Position numbers and translations under genes: made by a program. DNA of 64,000 nucleotides from Eledone cirrhosa (taxonomy: Eukaryota). The stretch is from NCBI GenBank assembly GCA_964016885.1, contig OZ024743.1, positions 353,834,001 to 353,898,000 on the forward strand, given 5' to 3'. Positions 60,009-64,000 of this stretch are shown here, piece after piece; position 1 is the stretch's first letter, and every line of letters starts with the position of its first letter. The notes beneath the pieces are model-generated. The model worked only from the letters and a program-made list of their open reading frames with translations. It was not told the origin of the DNA and searched no databases.

Positions 60009-60195
60009 GTTTATGAAGGTACCCGGAAAAAACCCCATATCTCAGGAACCCGTGCTCTGATTTACAGGAAACTTGTTTTATTCCATTTCTATCCCCATTT
60101 TAGGGTCAACTTCCTTTCAAAGTATTTTCCCATTATGCGCCGTTTTGGCTGTATTACATAACAGACAAGCAAGCAAGCAGCCACATACTTTTAAT

Positions 60196-60316
60196 AATTG
60201 TTTCTACTTTTGGCACAAGGCCCACAAATACCCAGTGTATTACTGGTACTTTATTTTATCGACCCCGTAAGGATGAAAGGCAAAGTTAACCTCGGCGGGA
60301 TTTGAACTCAGATCGT
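60196..60316 (-). mobile_element. 5'-truncated SINE
   Basis: Family match; 14-bp TSD ATACTTTTAATAAT (60185-60198, 60317-60330). Confidence 0.9.
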
Positions 60317-60597
60317 ATACTTTTAATAATATATAGATAGTTTCTAGACAAGGCATTTGGATAGGGAGAATTTTCATTTCAGAAAAGCATTGGATATAGA
60401 ACAGCCGGATATACATTCAGGTCAGTGTATGATAGATACATTATTTTACCGATTCCGGAAAGATACAAAGATACAAAGTAACGTCAGCCTCAGCGAGATT
60501 TGAACACACAACTCAGAACGTAAAGGGATGCAACTGACAATACAAAGTATTTTCTATGACGGCCTACCACCTGCATTTCTTCATTACAATATTATAT

Positions 60598-60775
60598 TTG
60601 GCAGTATCGGTAGAGGGTCGGACGCCATGCTTTGCAGCATAGTTACGTCCCTTTACGATCTGAGTTCAAATCCCGCCGAGGTTGACTTTGCCTTTCATCC
60701 TTACGGGGTCGATAAAATAAAGTACCAGTAATGCACTGGATAATTGCTGGCCTTGTGCCTAAAGTAGAAACAATA
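60598..60775 (+). mobile_element. SINE, near full length
   Basis: TGGCAGTATCGG A box, GAGTTCAAATCC B box; flanking repeat ACAATATTATA. Confidence 0.9.
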
Positions 60776-60800
60776 TTATAACATTCATGTATGTATGTTC

Positions 60801-61282
60801 GTCTGGTTTTATAATTTCACAAATTTTTTCCCAATAGAGAGAGAGTCGGTTTCTAACATAGACACAAGACTCTCTCTTTACACAACATCAACTAGGTATA
60901 TTATGTATGCATGCATGTATGTGTAGATATGGATGTTATTGTATGTGTAGATGTGTATGTTTTGAGTTGTATGTGTGCATGTGTATATGCTTTGTATCTG
61001 TACATGTGTATATGCAGTTATTAGATGCAAACTTTTTGGAATGTTTTACATACTTTCACTGTTCCATTAATGGATTGTACTTGTAGTTTCCTAACTAGTT
61101 GTGTTCTTTCTGTTCCTGTGAAGCCTAGCTGCTCAAGATTTGTATTGAGGCAGTTACTAACATACCCCAGTGCCCCAATATTCACAGGCATAAATCTGAA
61201 GATGTAATCAGGGTGCAGTATCTGCAGATTTCTCATCAGTTCTGCATAAATATTCTCCTTTTCGCTAATCTTTGATATTATA
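60801..61282 (-). mobile_element. R4/Dong-like (restriction-like endonuclease) LINE 3' end with 3' UTR
   Basis: KISEKENIYAELMRNLQILHPDYIFRFMPVNIGALGYV...QSINGTVKVCKTF; UTR copies at 62821-62969 and 63690-63920; ends in (CATA)n. Confidence 0.7.
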
Positions 61283-61318
61283 TTGAGCTCTGCCGTCGGG
61301 GTCATACTTTTTCATATA

Positions 61319-61369
<51 letters not shown>

Positions 61370-61882
61370 GTATATATATATATACACATACATATATACA
61401 AATATAATTATAAATATATATATAAAAGCCTGTGTGAACAGATATGTTTGGAAATAGTGGTTTCTATAATTGCCCAAAGCACAGAAAAAAACGTCAACTT
61501 CAGAAAACAATAGAATGTCGTAAACAATAATACAATACAAGATGAACAGGAAACAGGAGATGAGCTGACAGTACGCACGTACACAAACATACACTTGCAC
61601 ACGCATCTATCTATATATATATATATATGTGTGTGTGTGTGGGGGGGGGAGACTATATAGATTCATAACTATAAATTGATGCAATATAAATTGAAAACAA
61701 ATATATATTACACATAAAAAATATACGTACATATGCATACGCATCTATATATATATATATATACACTTATATAAATGCATATACTATATACATATGTGTG
61801 TGAGAGTCCTCTAGAGGCCATTTCTATATTAAACTTGATATATATATATGTGTGTGTGTGTATATATATATATGTAAATATA

Positions 61883-61977
<95 letters not shown>

Positions 61978-62006
61978 ATACATATATATGTATATATATA
62001 TAAATA

Positions 62007-62048
<42 letters not shown>

Positions 62049-62153
62049 AGCCTTTATGGTAAATAAAGAAATATATATATATATATATATATATACGTAT
62101 ATGGTTATTATTATTGATATTATTATTATATTATTATTATTATTATTAGTCGC

Positions 62154-62223
<70 letters not shown>

Positions 62224-62517
62224 TGATAATGATGAGTATTAATGAAGATAAGGATAACATTGATGACGATGGTTAAGATGAAGAGGGCAAGATGTTTCGT
62301 TACTTTTCTTATTTGATATACACAGAAATTGGTTTTCCAATTCCACTTGAATGCGAGATCACTTATAAAATTTCATCTCATCAAAATTTCTAATATATAC
62401 ATCACATATCGTCAGTTTCCAGTGACTTCAGTATTAACAGTTAAACATGCATCCATGCAAAAACATGACGACACCATGTATACATGGTATTTGTACAATT
62501 TATATATTTGTAGAATT

Positions 62518-62601
<84 letters not shown>

Positions 62602-62769
62602 GCATACAAATCTATAATTCATACATGATTCAAAATAAAGCCACCACAAAGAGAACAACACCGAAATATGTTTATGTGTATATATGTATGATTGTATGTA
62701 TGAATGTATGTATGTATCTATGTATGTATGTATGTAGGTGCGCATGAATACACACACACACCCACACAT

Positions 62770-62811
<42 letters not shown>

Positions 62812-62820
62812 GTGTATGTA

Positions 62821-62969
62821 TGGTTTTATAATTTCACAAATGTTTGCCAATAGAGATAGAGTCGATTTCTAACATAGATACAAGACTCTCTCATTGGAAT
62901 TTACACATCAACTAGGTAGATATGTCTGCATGTCTGCATGCATGTGTGTGCAGGTATGGATGTTATTGT
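62821..62969 (-). mobile_element. 3'-UTR-only copy of the R4/Dong-like element
   Basis: Matches 60805-60945 and 63700-63850. Confidence 0.7.
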
Positions 62970-62999
62970 ATGTATGTATGTATGTATGCATGTATGTAT

Positions 63000-63610
63000 G
63001 TCAGGTCGCCAGTTGGTGCTACTGGTAACATGTATCCCAGTACAAACTGTCTCATGGTCGGGTCGTTGGCGACTAAACTGGCAACCACACCAAGGTTTCT
63101 TGGTGAGGAGGGTGACTTTGGACATCCTGCAGGACTAAAAACAAAACTTGTCAAAGAGCAAAGGAGTTCTTAAGAGTCAATGGCCATCCAAAATCACCGG
63201 GAGAGATGACCCCTTAGCCTTTGTCAAGGCAGAATTCTAGGAGAAGGAAAACTCTGATATAACACCTGTAACCCTGGTGGTTACCAATGATGTTGACTTG
63301 TTCTTCTTTTTGGTAAATATCATCTTGGGTAAGAGAGTGGGGACTGGCTTTGTGCAGTGCCTTTGCTCACTATAAAAGCTTCACGGCACAGGCATTGCTT
63401 TATATCTGGAGATCTCTCTGCACTTGTCGTCACATGGTGCCATGGGCCCAGCACTATGTGTCAATAATTGTCACAAGTGTAGTGTTTGTACCAGAGTTTT
63501 CAAGTCGCTGGCTGGACTAAAAAGTCACACTCGTTCAGCGCATCGGTAGGGTTCTCCTACATGGATATAAAGTAGTGGCCGTACTCGAAAACGAGTTGGC
63601 AGCCACCATG
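63000..63610 (+). mobile_element. Non-autonomous bipartite RTE derivative, most complete copy
   Basis: RTE-type 5' UTR joined to the C2H2-coding 3' end, hairpin CTCG-AAAA-CGAG and (TATG)n tail; (TATG)n also upstream. Confidence 0.8.
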
Positions 63611-63689
63611 TATGTATGTATGTATGTATGTATGTATGTATGTATGTATGTATGTATGTATGTATGTATGTATGTATATATGCATGTAT

Positions 63690-64000
63690 GTTCTTTTGGT
63701 TTGATAATTTTATGAAATTTTACCAATGGGGAGAGAGTCGGTTTCTAACAGTTACAAGACTCTCTCATTGGAATTTATACATCAACTAGGTAGATATGTC
63801 TGCATGTCTGCATGCGTGCGTGTATGTGCAGGTATGGACGTTATTGTATGTGTAGATGTGGATGTTTTGTGGTATATGTGTGAGTGTGCATATACCTTGT
63901 ATATGTACATGTGCAGTTATTACATGTAGAATCTTTGGAATGTTTTACAGATTTCCATTAATGGATTGTACTTGTAATTTCCAATCTAGTCGTGTTCTTT
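63690..64000 (-). mobile_element. Second R4/Dong-like 3' end, running off the window
   Basis: 63920-64000 aligns with 61020-61110; UTR aligns with 60801-61020. Confidence 0.7.

Overview
Eukaryotic, gene-poor, microsatellite-saturated DNA, most likely from an octopod cephalopod (inferred from the tRNA-derived SINE family and the repeat landscape). I could not recognise a host protein-coding exon; nearly all ORFs in the track are translated simple repeats. The non-simple sequence is mostly transposon relics: fragments of at least four kinds of Penelope-like element (PLE; RT and/or GIY-YIG endonuclease), an RTE LINE with bipartite non-autonomous derivatives, R4/Dong-like LINE 3' ends, seven SINE copies, two mariner remnants, a non-autonomous Helitron, a 4.4-kb 45/47-bp satellite with higher-order repeats and two 15-bp G-rich minisatellite blocks. 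The main signal missed by the ORF track is a dense set of type I hammerhead ribozyme (HHR) motifs: about 15 intact or decayed copies in several families, usually with palindromic stem III, mostly in short cassettes within or beside (TA)n tracts. Several fold-back palindromes turn around inside the ribozyme, and one family has an 8-nt core variant (CUG-R-AU-R-A). All structures were folded by eye and need covariance-model and cleavage tests.
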